Part shown: in pieces, positions 37,686 through 50,763 of the stretch | How the letters are laid out: each line of letters begins with the position of its first letter | How positions within the stretch are numbered: the first letter of the stretch is position 1 | Source: Blepharisma stoltei ATCC 30299 | Lineage: Eukaryota; Protista; Ciliophora | Reading direction: 5' to 3' | Length of the DNA stretch: 64,000 nt | NCBI GenBank assembly: GCA_965603825.1 | Contig: CBFDEM010000051.1 | Coordinates: 62,001 to 126,000 of the forward strand | Notes under the pieces: generated by a model | The model's database searches: none | The model's input: the letters and a program-made list of their open reading frames with translations, nothing else | Told to the model about the DNA's origin: nothing | Position numbers and translations under genes: made by a program

Positions 37686-37763
37686 ATAATTTATTAATAA
37701 TTAATATTTCACTAAGCTAAATAATTTATTAATAATTAATATTTAAATAAGCTAAATAATTTT
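37686..37763. repeat. AT-rich tandem repeat, 35-bp unit x2.2
   Basis: ataatttattaataattaatattt(cac/aaa)taagctaa repeated at 37686 and 37721. Confidence 0.8.
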
Positions 37764-37844
37764 ATAAAGAGAAAAATTAAGTAACCACTAAAACAGAATA
37801 TTATTTTTCGATTCTTTAGTAATAATCTAGATTATCTAAAGTAT

Positions 37845-40800
37845 TTAGTTGATATTGGTGACGTTGATATAAGTATTATTGGTGAGATTGTTTATAACTG
37901 TTTCGCAAGAGCCTAGATTAGATTGGCAAGCTTTAGTCCAAGGATTAAAATCAAAATCAGAGTCTTTACATTTGCAAGAGCCTTTGGCTACATTTAAATC
38001 CATATTCGCAAAATCATTGCATTCTGTGCAAAAAGTTGCTGAAGGAGAGCACTGAGCGCAAGGGGGCATACAAATTTGGCATACTCCAGAACTTGACAAA
38101 TAATAGCCTTGAATGCATTTGCAAGTTCTAGTGGTCTGATCAAAAGAAGCATAAGGATCCCAGCATCTACAAGTGCCTGTCACAGTATTTAAAAACGTAT
38201 TGGCACGATCATTACACGCAGTGCAAAAATCATAGGAAGAGCATTGAGCACATTGTGGTGCGCAGTCAGTATCTATAGGAGAGCATGTTTTATCAGTGCT
38301 GAAGTAATATCCAGGATTGCAAAGACATGAAGTGCCTATCAAAGTAGCTTGTTCAGGACATTCGCAGCCTGGAGCACTTGACATATGAGTCGTATCTGAG
38401 CAACTTCCACAGTTAGTAGAAGACTGATAACAGGTCGTACATTGGCTTGAACATCTAGAACAAGTAGTAGCTGCGCTATAATAGTACCCATTGTTGCAGA
38501 CACAAGCACCATTAACCAAGGTAGATCTAGCAGGACATTGACAATCAGGAGCAGATGACATATGAACTGAGTCTATACAAGTATCACAGGTACTATGGTC
38601 TGTATCACATGTTGCGCAATTATTTTTGCATGGAGAACACGTTGTAGGGCTGCTGTAGTAATAGCCAATGTTACATTGGCAAACATTGCCATTTTGGTAT
38701 GCATAAGCTGGACAAGCACAAGCAGGGGCTTCTGACATACGAGTAGTATCAATACAGGCATTGCAGTTTTCAGCTGTATCAGTGCATCCGGCACAGTTAG
38801 TATTGCATGGAGAGCAAACGTAAGGAGAGCTGAAATAGTAACCTTCATTACAGACACAAGAATCACCTATTAAGGTACTTAACACTGGACAAGCGCATGA
38901 AGGAGCAGCTGACATATGAACAGTGTCAATACAGGTCAAACAGCTTTCAGCTGTATCAGAGCAGGTTTTGCAATTATTCTGGCATGCAGAACATACAGTA
39001 TTTGAGCTATAAAAGTACCCAGAATTACAAACACAAGTATTAACTACAAGAGCTGAGTTGACAGGGCATGAACAATTAGGAGCAGCTGACATATGCAAAG
39101 TATCGAGACAGGTATCACAGGTATCAGGGTTTGAGTCGCAAGTAGCGCAATTAGCTTGGCATGACGAACAAACAGTAGTAGAGCTGAAATAATATCTTGT
39201 ATTGCAGGTACAAGTCTTGTTGATCAAGCTTGCATTATTAGGGCAAGCGCATGTAGGAGCTTCTGACATGTGAACAATGTCTATACATGATCCACAGTTG
39301 CTTTCAGAGTCTGAGCAGGAAAGGCATTGTGGAGCACAAGTTGAACAAACAGTATTTGAGCTGAAATAAAGGCCTGTATTACAAGTGCAAACTCCTGAAA
39401 TCAAAGTTGAAGAGGCTGACATGAGCAGGTTGGAGGATTTCCCATGTGGACTGTATCAATACAAGTGAGGCAAGTTGAGCTAGATACAGAACAGGTAGAA
39501 CATTGAGGAGAGCAAGGGCTACATTGATGATTAGAAGTGTAAAAATATCCTGCATTGCAAACACATTGTCCAATAGAATTAATTGTAGAGTTTGGAGGAC
39601 AAGCACAAGCAGGAGCAGCTGACATATGAACAGAATCAGAGTAAGTTAAACAATTTTCAGCTGCATCAGAGCAGGCTTTGCAATTGTTTTGGCATGGAGA
39701 GCATGTAGTATTTGAGCTATAATAGTATCCTGTATTGCATACACAACTATCCCCTGAAAGCGCTGAATTAGTAGGACACAAGCAATCAGGAACATCCGAC
39801 ATATGGACTTTATCTGCGCATGAGTCACATTTATCAAAACTCAAGTCACAAGTTTCACAGTTTTCTTGGCATGGAAAGCAAACCCTAGGAGAGCTGAAAT
39901 AATACCCTGTATTGCATACACAAATATTATCTATCAAGCTCGCATAGCGAGGACATGCACAATTAGGAGCTGCTGACATATGAATAATATCAATACACGA
40001 CCCACAATTAGTTTCAGTGCTTGCACAGGACGCACATTTTGGAGCGCATTTATCACAATAATAACTAGAAGCTACCCAATAAAAACCTGAGTCACATTGA
40101 CAAATACCGCCTGATGGAGTTGCATGTAATGGATCTTTACAGCTTAAACAATTGTCTGATCCAGAACAAGCTGCACAGGTTTCATCACAAGATGAGCATA
40201 CTGTATTTGAGCTGAAATAAAAACCTGGATCACAAGTGCAAGAGCCTGCAGTTAAAGTGGAATAGACTGGGCATAAACAGTTGGGAGGGCTACTCATGTG
40301 GATGGTATCAAAGCATGTTAAGCAAGCTGAGCTGGAATCTGAGCAGGTAGAGCACTGAGGAGAGCAAGGGCTGCATTGATGATCAGCCGAGTAAAAATAT
40401 CCTGCATTGCAAACGCATTTTCAATTAGTGTTGACTTCAGAGTTTGTAGGACAGGCGCAAGCAGGAGCAGCTGACATATGAGCGGTATCAAAACAACTTA
40501 AACAATTTTCAGCTGTATCAGAGCAGGTTTGGCAATTTTCTTGGCATGGAGAACATGTAAAAGAGCCAGAAAAATAATAGCCAGTATTGCATGTACAGGA
40601 GCCTCCTTGCATAGAAGAATTTTCAGGGCATTGACAGCTAGGAGCTTCTGTCATATGAACTGTATCAAGACAAGTTAAGCAAGAAGTTTCAGAATTGCAA
40701 GTTGCACAGTTAGATGGGCATGCAGAGCATGCAGAACTTGATGAAAAATAGAATCCAGAGTAGCAAACACAGGAGCCTGCAGTAAGCTGAGAATTGGCTG

Positions 40801-43233
40801 AGCAGTAACAGTTAGGTGGGCTGGAGCTATGAATTGGGTCAATACATGAAGAGCATACGTTAGCATCTACAGTACAAGCAGCACATTGAGAACTACATGG
40901 ACTGCACATTTTATTTGTGGAATAGTAATATCCAGTATTGCATATACAAAAGCCCCCAACAAGATTTGAATTTTCTGGGCAAGCACATGCAGGAGCTTCT
41001 GACATGTGAACAATGTCGATACATAATCCACAGTTACTTTCAGAATCTGAACAGGAAAGACATTGTGGAGCACAAGTTGAACAAACAGTGTTTAAGCTGA
41101 AATAAAGGCCAGTATTACAAGTGCAAACTCCTGCAGTTAAAGTTGAAGAGGCCGGACATGAGCAGGTTGGAGGATTTCCCATGTGGACTGTATCAATACA
41201 AGTGAGGCAAGTTGAGCTAGATACAGAGCAGGTAGAACATTGAGGAGAGCAAGGGCTACATTGATGATTAGAAGTGTAAAAATATCCTGCATTGCAAACA
41301 CATTGCCCAATAGAGTTAATTGTAGAGTTTGGAGGACAAGCGCAAGCAGGAGCAGCTGACATATGAACAGAATCAGAGCAAGTTAAACAATTTTCAGCCG
41401 CATCAGAGCAGGCTTTGCAATTGTTTTGGCATGGAGAACATGTAGTAAAGTTAGAAAAGTAATATCCATCGTTACACACACAGGAGCCTCCTTGTATAAA
41501 AGAATTTTCAGGGCATTGACAGCTAGGAGCTTCTGTCATATGAACTGTATCAAGACAAGTTAAGCAAGAAGTTCCTGAATCGCAAGTCGCACAGCTAGAC
41601 GGGCATGCAGAGCACACAGCGCTTGATGAAAAATAGAATCCAGAGTCGCAAACACAGGAACCTGCAGTAAGCTGAGAATTGGCTGGGCAGTAACAGTTAG
41701 GTGGGCTGGAGTTATGAATTGGGTCAATACATGAAGAGCATACATTATCATTCACCGTGCAAGTAGCACATTGAGGACTACATGGACTGCACTCTGAGCT
41801 TGAGGAAAAGTAAAATCCAGTATTGCACTTACAAAACCCCCCAGCAAGATTTGCATTTATAGGACAAGCACATTCAGGAGCAGCCGTCATATGATTTGTA
41901 TCAGAACAAGTCAAACAATTTCCTATAGATGTTGTACAACTCCCACAGTTTTCATTACATGCAGAACAGGTTGTTAAGCTGCTATAAAAATACCCAGTGC
42001 TGCAGACACAACTTCCATTTATAAAAGCTGAATTTTGAGGGCATTCGCATGCTGGTGGAGTCATATGGACTGAATCAGTGCAGGTGTTGCAATCTATGCT
42101 TGAATGAGAACACGTAGCGCATTTATTAGCACATGGTGAACAAACAGAACTAGTGCTAAAATAGTAGCCTGGGTTACAGACACAAGCTGAATCTACAATT
42201 GTTGAATTATCTGGACAGGCACAAGTTGGTGAGCTTGACATATGAACACTATCAAGACAACTATCACATTTTGAATCAGAATCAGAGCATGTAGCACATT
42301 GAATGGAGCAGGCTGAGCAAACAGTGTTTGAGCTGAAATAGTAGCCTTTGTTGCAGATACAAGCAGACCCTACAAGTGCTGAGTTAGATGGGCATTCACA
42401 AGCTGGAGTTGACATATGAACTGTGTCAAGGCAAGTAGTACAATTTGATGAAGAAACAGAGCATACAGAGCATTGAGTGGCGCATGCTGAACAGACTTTA
42501 TTGGAGGAAAAATAGTAGCCTTGATTGCATACGCAAGATGAGCCTATTAGTGATGAGTTAGTAGGGCATGTGCAATATAGGGGTGAGGTATGGACAGTGT
42601 CCAAACAAACAATGCAGGTTGTTGAGCTGCTACAGGTAGAGCATTGAGGTAGGCAAGCAATGCATGAAGATCCGCTAAGATAATAGCCTGTCACGCAAGA
42701 TGTGCATGCGGTACTGGATCTTGGATTGCAGCCTAAGCAAGGAGAGGTGCATGTTTGGAGGAATCGTTGATTTGACTGAATTTTTAGACTTTCTTCTATA
42801 TCCTTGACAAATTCCTCGTTTTCGCTATTAAAAATGGCACTAATCATCCCTCTGCTTAGCAAGCTAATTTTTTGGTCTTCATTGAGTACTTTATATGTTC
42901 TTGGTTTACCTGAATTTCTATGCTTTTAAGCAGGTTTTCATTGGAGACCTCACAGACCTTAAAGCTCGTAGAATTTTGTATGAAATTGTCGCTTAAAGAG
43001 AAAAATGCTGCTAAGTCTGCTTCAATTCCTTCATGTTTCATGTAATTTTCGAGCTGGATGCTGTTGCAAATATTTTTCTCGCCAAGCTTAAGAGGGTTGG
43101 GTTGTGGCTTTACAAATAAGATTTGTGATAAAATTTCTACTGCTTTATAGGCCGAGTCTTCTAAATCGTCCAATAAATCTTCCATATCTGAAGACGTGGG
43201 ATTTATTTCTATACAGATCTTATAAAACTGCAA
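37845..43233 (-). pseudogene. Cys-rich surface protein 2 (frameshifted, 5' end degenerate)
   Basis: 1-bp deletions at ~42905 and ~39418; the TGA at 40421 reads through in frame; no clear ATG or signal peptide. Internal duplications: ~39300-39700 = ~41040-41440 and ~40620-40860 = ~41510-41750. Confidence 0.75.
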
Positions 43234-44198
43234 AAGCTTTATATATTAGAAGCAAAAGCAAAATAGAAATTGTTTCTTAAAAACCAAAATTAATCTGGTG
43301 CTATAACTTTTAAATTTTTAAATAAATAGGAAAAGCAGCCAAACTATTTCAAGTTCAAAATAATTTAAAATTTAAGGATTAGCCATTCTTAATATAGAAA
43401 AACTGCTAGCATATCTAGATTATCAAGGATTTGCAGCGAGTTTTGATTCTCAATCTTATTATAATTAATACTGCTTTGACATTGTAAATTTTCAGCTTTA
43501 AAATGATCTTATCACTCCGCAAATTTTTCAAAGATGCACATCTAGGTTTTAATGAATAATAATGAATAAGCAATGGAAATTTATCGTTATGAGCATCACT
43601 AAAAATAAGATTCCCTTGAACTTAATAGCCTTCATTTGTTAAGCAGACTATTCAAAGATTAAAGAAAATTGAGGAGGTTTTTATTGAAAATTGTAAAATT
43701 TATTAACAAAAGATAATCTTTTCGTGCTGTTAATTAAAGTATATTTATTATAAATACTTGCACTAAATATTGAGGTGGCAATAATAAATTTTTATGTGAT
43801 CAATTAAGCAGGAATTTCATAATCTCTTTATAATGTAAATGCGAAATTGCAATTCCTCCAAAAAATGATTTATCGTCAAATGAATTTGTTTAAAAATTGT
43901 GGTCAATATTATAATGTTGAGCGATATCATAAAAATTATTAGAATAATATTTTATAAACCATAAATGGATAAATATTTATGGCAATCATTGATACAAGCT
44001 AAATTTTAAGCTTGCTATAATATTTTTTCTCAATTACAGTATTTTAATTTTTAGTTTTATTTATAATTTAGCTGTTTATATTATAATTTATTCATTGAAA
44101 TATTTTCTGGTGAACATAAAAAATTCTGCTATTAATAGAATATTAATTGGTCAAATTTTGAATACTTATTTAAGCAATTATCTAGATTTCTTAACTAT

Positions 44199-45673
44199 TT
44201 AGTTGTAGTTATTGGTGATATTGAAATAGGTTATATTGTTGTAATTGTATGTAATTGTTTCGCAGTGAGTACAATTGCAGCTTGAGTTAGTTTGGCAAGC
44301 TTTAACCCATGGATTAAATTGAGAATTAGAGTCTTTACACACACAAGATCCTGTGGTTGCATTTAAATTCATATTATCAACATCATCACACTCTGTGCAC
44401 AAGGTAGCTGAACTCGAGCACTGAGCACATGGGGGCGAACACATCTGGCATACTCCTAAACTTGGCATATAATACCCTTGGATGCATTGGCAAGTTCCAG
44501 ATGTCTGATTAAAAGAAGCATATGGATCCCAGCATCTGCATGTGCCTGTGGCAGTATTCAAATACATATTTTCAGGATCATTGCATGCAGTGCAAAAGTT
44601 ATTTGAAGAGCATTGGGCGCATTGTGGAGGACACTGCGAAATAGGTGAACAAGTAGTAGATGTGCTGTAATAGTAGCCAGGGTTGCAGACACAAGTGCCA
44701 GCAATCAAAGTAGAATAAGCAGGACAAGAGCAGATAGGAGCTGCTGACATGTGAATTGGGTCGACACAAGTATCGCAGACATTCTGATTTGTATAACATG
44801 TAGCGCAATTGCTATTGCAAGCTGAGCAGATTGTATAACTACTGAAAAAGTATCCGGGGTTACATTCACAAATAGTGCCCAACAGACTCGAGTTAGTTGG
44901 ACAAGCACATGAAGGGGGAGCTGGCATATTGATCGAGTCTACACAGCTGAGACAGTTTGTTGATGAAATAGAACAGGTATGACAATTATTCTGACATGCT
45001 GAGCATACGCTATTTGAGCTATAAAAGTGCCCAATATAGCAAACACAATCATTCCCGACCAGAACTGCATTGGTAGGACATGCACAATCAGGAGCAGCTG
45101 ACATATGAATTGGATCAGCGCAGGTATTACAAGTATTAGCGTTTAAGTCACAACTGGCACAATTAGGTAAACAAGCAGAACAAACTGTAGTGGAACTGTA
45201 ATAATAGCCTATATTGCAGGCACAAATGTTTCCGACTAAACTTCCATTTGCAGGACAAGCACAAGCTGGGGCTGCAGTCATATGAGTAGTATCCACACAA
45301 GATCCACAATTGGTATTAGTGTTAGAGCAGCTAAAGCATTGTGGAGCACAAGCAGCACAAACAGTATTTGAGCTGAAGTAATAACCTGTGTTACAAGTGC
45401 AGGTTCCAGCAATCAAAGCTGAAAAATTTGGACAGAAGCATGCCAAATGAGGATTTAATATTTTTTAAAATTTTATTAATAAATTTTATATAAAATGCAA
45501 TATGTATATATAATCCGAGCTGATCTATAAATTTCTTTAAATTGGCTTGATTCAGCTTGGATTTTAGGAAGAAATTGTGGAGTATCCTTAGGAGAAAAGA
45601 CGAAAGAAGCTGAAGAGAAACCAATTCCTAAGAGGACAAGCAAGACAACGGGAGATTTATTTACCATATTCAT
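44199..45673 (-). pseudogene. Cys-rich surface protein 3, internally deleted
   Basis: The signal peptide and first ~55 codons are joined via AT-rich filler (~45455-45512, with stops) to a late repeat. Most of the N-terminal domain and the early repeats are missing. Confidence 0.85.
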
Positions 45674-45682
45674 TATTACCAC

Positions 45683-46520
45683 ATATTTGAGTTCAGATTA
45701 TAGCTATTCAAAGAAGAATGGTAAATACATATAGGAATTATGATATCTCATAAAAATTAATTGAATCGGAAACCTTCAGAAACATAGGATATTTTGAAAA
45801 TTGGAGTTAAAGAAGAGCAAAACTTGAAGGAAAAATTTTTTAAATTTTCTTTTGATCGGAATTATAGAAAATTTCAACAATCAATTTTTATAGCAATTAT
45901 TTGGTTAGCTAATTGATAAAAATTTATTATTAAGATAGTAAATATTTATTGATTAGAATTCTAAAAATTAATCCATTTATTATCTTTGATTCGCTATTAA
46001 TTTCTATACTTGTAATAAATGCATTTATAAAAGAAAAAGTGAAGCCAGATGATTTTTATTGATATAAAGCTAGATCCTTGCATGGGTTGGGGATTGGAAT
46101 TCGGAATTGCAAGAATAAAAACTGAAGAATTGGAAGAATTGTGAGGGTAAAATTGAATTAAGTGAAGCAGATAATGATCAAATGATATTGAAAGAAGTCT
46201 TATGGATATGTGGTCTCATAATGAGACGATAACCGATAAATTATTGCAATAAAAATAATAAAGCGCTTGTTTGCTAACTCTTTATCCTGATACTTTATAT
46301 AACTCTCTTAATCTAACGGTGAAGGGTAAAGGCATAGAGAATAATCTCTCCATGAGAAATTTAATACTCAGAACACTTGATTAAAAATATTTTATATGTC
46401 ACCTCCAAAAATTATATTAAAAGATAACAAAAATATATTTTATTTAATTGAGGAAAGTTTCATTGCTGATATAAAAATTGGCCGTCTACTCTATAGTTAT
46501 TTAATTAAAGGTCTATTTTC
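45683..46520. repeat. Conserved ~0.85-0.95 kb upstream region of the Cys-rich genes, copy 1 of 4 (also 49556-50490, 55005-55920, 57117-58080)
   Basis: Colinear blocks such as 'agaaaatttcaacaatcaatttttatagcaattattt', 'aaagtgaagccagatg', 'gcaagaataaaaactgaag' and 'cggtgaagg' occur in all four. Confidence 0.9.
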
Positions 46521-46528
46521 TTAATTAT

Positions 46529-49500
46529 TTAGGTGTAGATATTAGTGATATTGGTTATATTGTTGTATATAATTGTTTCGCAGTGAGTACAATTGCAGCT
46601 TGAGTTAGTTTGGCAAGCTTTAACCCATGGATTAAATTGAGAATCAGAGTCTTTACACAGACAAAATCCTGTGATTGCATTTAAATTCATATTAGCAAGA
46701 TCATCACACTCTGTGCAAAAGGTAGCTGAACTCGAGCACTGAGCACATGGGGGCGAACACATCTGGCATACTCCTAAACTTGACATATAATACCCTTGGA
46801 TGCATTGGCAAGTTCCAGCTGTCTGATTAAAAGAAGCATATGGATCCCAGCATCTGCATGTGCCTGTGACAGTATTCAAATACATATTCGCAGGATCATT
46901 ACATGCAGTGCAAAAGTTATTTGAAGAGCATTGGGCACATTGAGGAGGACACTGCGAAATAGGTGAACAAGTAGTAGCTGAGCTGTAATAGTAGCCAGGG
47001 TTGCAGACACAAGAGCCAGTAGTCAAAGTAGAATAAGTAGGACATTGGCAGGCAGGAGCTGCTGACATATGAATTGGGTCGATACAAGTATCGCAGGTAT
47101 TCGGATTTGTATCACATGTAGCACAATTGCTGTTGCAAGCTGAGCAGGTTTTAGAGCTATTGTAATTGTAGCCAGGGTTGCATTGGCAAATATTTCCATT
47201 CAGACTTGAGTTAGCAGGACAAGCACATGAAGGGGCAGCTGACATATGGACCGAGTCAATACAGGTGAGACAGTTTGATGATGAACCAGAACAACTTTGA
47301 CAATTATTCTGGCATGCTGAGCATACAGTATTTGAGCTATAAAAGTACCCAGTATTACAAACACAAGTAGTCCCGATCAGAGCTGAATTGTTAGGACATG
47401 CACAATTAGGAGCAGCTGACATATGAATTGGATCAGTGCAGACAAGGCAAGCATATGAATTACTGCTACAAGTTGCACAGTTAGACTGACAAGCAGAACA
47501 AATAGTATTAGAGCTAAAATAATAGCCGGTATTACAGACACATAGCGTGCCTGCCAAACTTCCATTTGTAGGACAAGCACAAGCTGGGGCGGCAGTCATA
47601 TGAGTAGTATCTGCGCAAGATCCACAATTTATTTGAGTGCTAGAGCAGCTAGCGCATTGTGGAGCACAAGCAGAACATTCACTATTTGAGCTGAAGTAAT
47701 AGCCTGTGTTACAAGTGCAAGTTCCAGCAACCACATTTGAAAATTTTGGACAGGAGCATTTTGGAGGATTTCTCATATGGACAGAATCAACGCAAGAAAT
47801 ACAGGTAGAGTCTGACACATAACAGGTAGAACACTGAGGAGCACAAGCACTGCATTGACCATTAGCAGAGAAATAGTATCCATCATTGCAAGCGCAGTGT
47901 CCACTAGCGTTGACAGAGTTTGCTGGACAAGCACAAGCAGGAGCAGCTGTCATATGAGTGGTATCAGTACAAGTCAAACAGTTCCCAGCTGTATTGGAAC
48001 AGGTCGCACAGTTAGTACTACAAGCAGTACAGGTCGTCGCTGTCCCAGAACTGTAGAAAAACCCAGCATTGCAAGTACATATATTATTGGTGAGGACTGA
48101 GTTAGATGGACAAGCACATGTAGGGGCTGCTGACATATGGACTGCATCAATGCAGGTTGTGCAGTTATACTCAGCGTTACAAGTGGCACAGTTACTAGGA
48201 CAAAGAGAAGAACAGACAGTATTTGAAGAATAATAATAGCCTTGGTTACACACACATGCACCTCCAGTAAATGTTGAAAAAGCAGGGCAGGCACAGTTAG
48301 GAGGGCCTAAGCTGTGAGTTTGGTCAGTGCATGAAGAGCATACGTCACTAGCTACTGTACAAGTAGCACATTGAGGACTGCATTGAGAACATACAGTAGT
48401 TGAACTATAGTAGTATCCATTGTTGCAAACACAAAAATATCCATAAAGAGCTGCATTTGCTGGGCATGCACATTCTGGAGCAGCTGTCATATGATTTGGA
48501 TCAGAGCATGTCAAACAATTAGTTGTATTTATGGCGCAAGTCATGCAACTTGAATAACATGCAGCACAACCGTGGTTGTCATAGGGACTAAAAAAATAGC
48601 CAGGATTGCAAACACAATTACCTTGAATAAGAGCTGAGTTTCCAGGGCAGCTGCATGTTGGAGGAGCGCTCATATGGATATCGTCAACGCATAACTCACA
48701 GTTTGTATTAGAATTAGAACATAGTGAGCATTGGACGGCACATGCTGAGCAGACAGTATTTGAGCTAAAATAGTAGCCTGTGTTGCAATAGCATAAGTTA
48801 AGATATCCTAAAAATCCATTAGCTGGGCAGACACAAGATGGCGCAGATGACATATGAACAGGATCAGAACATGTAATGCAAGAGTTCTCTGTCGAGCAAG
48901 TAGCGCAATTCTGCGGACAAGTAGAAAGAAGTGGCTGGTATTCCAGACTATCTAAGCTTTCTTCTATCTCTTTGGCATATTTCTCACTTTCTCTATTAAA
49001 AATAGCACTAATGATCGCTTTATTTAGCAAACTAACTTTTTTGTCTTCATTGAGTGCTTTGTATATTTTTTGATCAACCTTAATTTCAATGCTTTTAAGC
49101 TGATTATCATTAGAGACCTCACAGACCTTAAAGCTGGTAGAATTTTGTATGAAATTGTTGCTTAAAGAGAAAAATACTGCTAAGTCTGCTTCAATTCCTT
49201 CATGCTTCATGTAATTTTCGAGCTGAATATCCTTGCAAAGATTTTCCTCGCCAAGTTTAAGAGGCTGAGTTTGAGGCTTTACAAATAAGACTTGCTTTAA
49301 AATTTCTGATGCTTTATAGGCTGAGTCTTCTAAATCTTCCAATAAATCATCCATGCCTCCAGGCATGGAATTAATTTCTATATGAATCCGAGCTGACTTA
49401 TAAATTTCTTTAAATTGGCTTGATTCAGCCTGGATTTTAGGAAGAAATTGTGGAGTATCCTTAGGAGAAAATACGGAAGAAGCTGAAGAGAATCCAATTC

Positions 49501-49546
49501 CTAAGAGGACAAGCAAGGCAACGGAAGATTTATTCACCATATTCAT
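46529..49546 (-). CDS. Cys-rich surface/secreted protein 4 (~1005 aa), intact, NIT-rich tail
   Basis: Intact ORF with signal peptide, N-terminal domain and CxxC repeats; ends HCETIIYNNITNITNIYT. Confidence 0.9.
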   Translation of the reverse strand: MNMVNKSSVALLVLLGIGFSSASSVFSPKDTPQFLPKIQAESSQFKEIYKSARIHIEINSMPGGMDDLLEDLEDSAYKASEILKQVLFVKPQTQPLKLGEENLCKDIQLENYMKHEGIEADLAVFFSLSNNFIQNSTSFKVCEVSNDNQLKSIEIKVDQKIYKALNEDKKVSLLNKAIISAIFNRESEKYAKEIEESLDSLEYQPLLSTCPQNCATCSTENSCITCSDPVHMSSAPSCVCPANGFLGYLNLCYCNTGYYFSSNTVCSACAVQCSLCSNSNTNCELCVDDIHMSAPPTCSCPGNSALIQGNCVCNPGYFFSPYDNHGCAACYSSCMTCAINTTNCLTCSDPNHMTAAPECACPANAALYGYFCVCNNGYYYSSTTVCSQCSPQCATCTVASDVCSSCTDQTHSLGPPNCACPAFSTFTGGACVCNQGYYYSSNTVCSSLCPSNCATCNAEYNCTTCIDAVHMSAAPTCACPSNSVLTNNICTCNAGFFYSSGTATTCTACSTNCATCSNTAGNCLTCTDTTHMTAAPACACPANSVNASGHCACNDGYYFSANGQCSACAPQCSTCYVSDSTCISCVDSVHMRNPPKCSCPKFSNVVAGTCTCNTGYYFSSNSECSACAPQCASCSSTQINCGSCADTTHMTAAPACACPTNGSLAGTLCVCNTGYYFSSNTICSACQSNCATCSSNSYACLVCTDPIHMSAAPNCACPNNSALIGTTCVCNTGYFYSSNTVCSACQNNCQSCSGSSSNCLTCIDSVHMSAAPSCACPANSSLNGNICQCNPGYNYNSSKTCSACNSNCATCDTNPNTCDTCIDPIHMSAAPACQCPTYSTLTTGSCVCNPGYYYSSATTCSPISQCPPQCAQCSSNNFCTACNDPANMYLNTVTGTCRCWDPYASFNQTAGTCQCIQGYYMSSLGVCQMCSPPCAQCSSSATFCTECDDLANMNLNAITGFCLCKDSDSQFNPWVKACQTNSSCNCTHCETIIYNNITNITNIYT

Positions 49547-50494
49547 TATTACCACATATTTGAGTTCAGATTATAGCTATTCGAAGAGATGGTAAATGCA
49601 TATAGGAATTATGATATCTCAGAAAAATTAATTGAATCGGAGATCTTCAGAAAAATTGGCGTAAAGAAGAGCAAAACTTGCAGGAAAAATTTTTAATAAT
49701 AATTAAAATAAATTTTCTTATGAACGGAGTTATAATATAGAAAATTTCAACAATCAATTTTTATAGCAATTATTTGAGCTAGCTAAATTGATAAAAATTT
49801 ATTATTGAAGATAGTAAATATTTATTGATTAGAATTCTAAAAATTAAGCCATTTACTATCTTTGATTTTCTACTACTTTCTATACTTGTAATAAATGCAT
49901 TTATGAAAGAAAAAAGTGAAGCCAGATGATTTTTATTGATGTAAAACTAGATCCTTGCATGAGTTGGGGATTGGAATTCGGAATTGCAAGAATAAAAACT
50001 GAAGTATTGGGAGAATTGTGATGGTAAATTGAATTAAGGAAGCAGATAGTGATCAAATTAAATTGAAGGAAGTCTTATGGAAATGCGGTCTCATAATGAG
50101 ACGATAATCGCTAAGCAATTGCAGTAGTAATAATGAAGTGCTTGCTTGCTAACTCTTCTCTCAATATTTATCATACTCTCTAAATCTACTTCCGAGCAGT
50201 ATAGCAAGCAGCGGTGAAGGGTAAAGACATAGAGAATAATATCGCCACGCGAAATTTAAGCTACCAGAAATCTTCAGAATGCTTGATTAAAGCTACTTTA
50301 TAATTATATCATCTCCCAAAAAATTATATTAAAAAGTTTCATTTCTGATATAAATTGGTCGTTTATTCTATACTGATTTAATTAAAGATAGGTAATTAGA
50401 ATATTTTCGAAAATAATCGTTTAGGATTATTTAGCTTTATTTGCTATTATCTGTTACCAGAAATTGATGATAAACTAAGATCTGACTAATTATT

Positions 50495-50763
50495 AATTAA
50501 TTAACGAATTGTCATTCTTGGCTCTCAGAAACATTAGAATATATAATACTTGTATGATTTTTCATACTATTTTTCTTCAATATTGATGATCTTATCATCT
50601 TTCAAATTTTTGTAAAAATCCAGAAAGTAAGAAGCTTAATAGCTATCTTAATAAATGCTATACATAAAATATCCACTGCAAAGTTCAATATTGTATTATA
50701 AATCTATTTGCAAGAAATACCGAAGTCAAACTTTATTGAAAATAAAATTATTGACCAGCAGAA
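50495..50763 (-). pseudogene. 3' fragment of the REJ/GPS (polycystin-like) gene
   Basis: Aligns with 58085-58369 (FCWSIILFSIKFDFGISCK..); degenerate. Confidence 0.85.
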
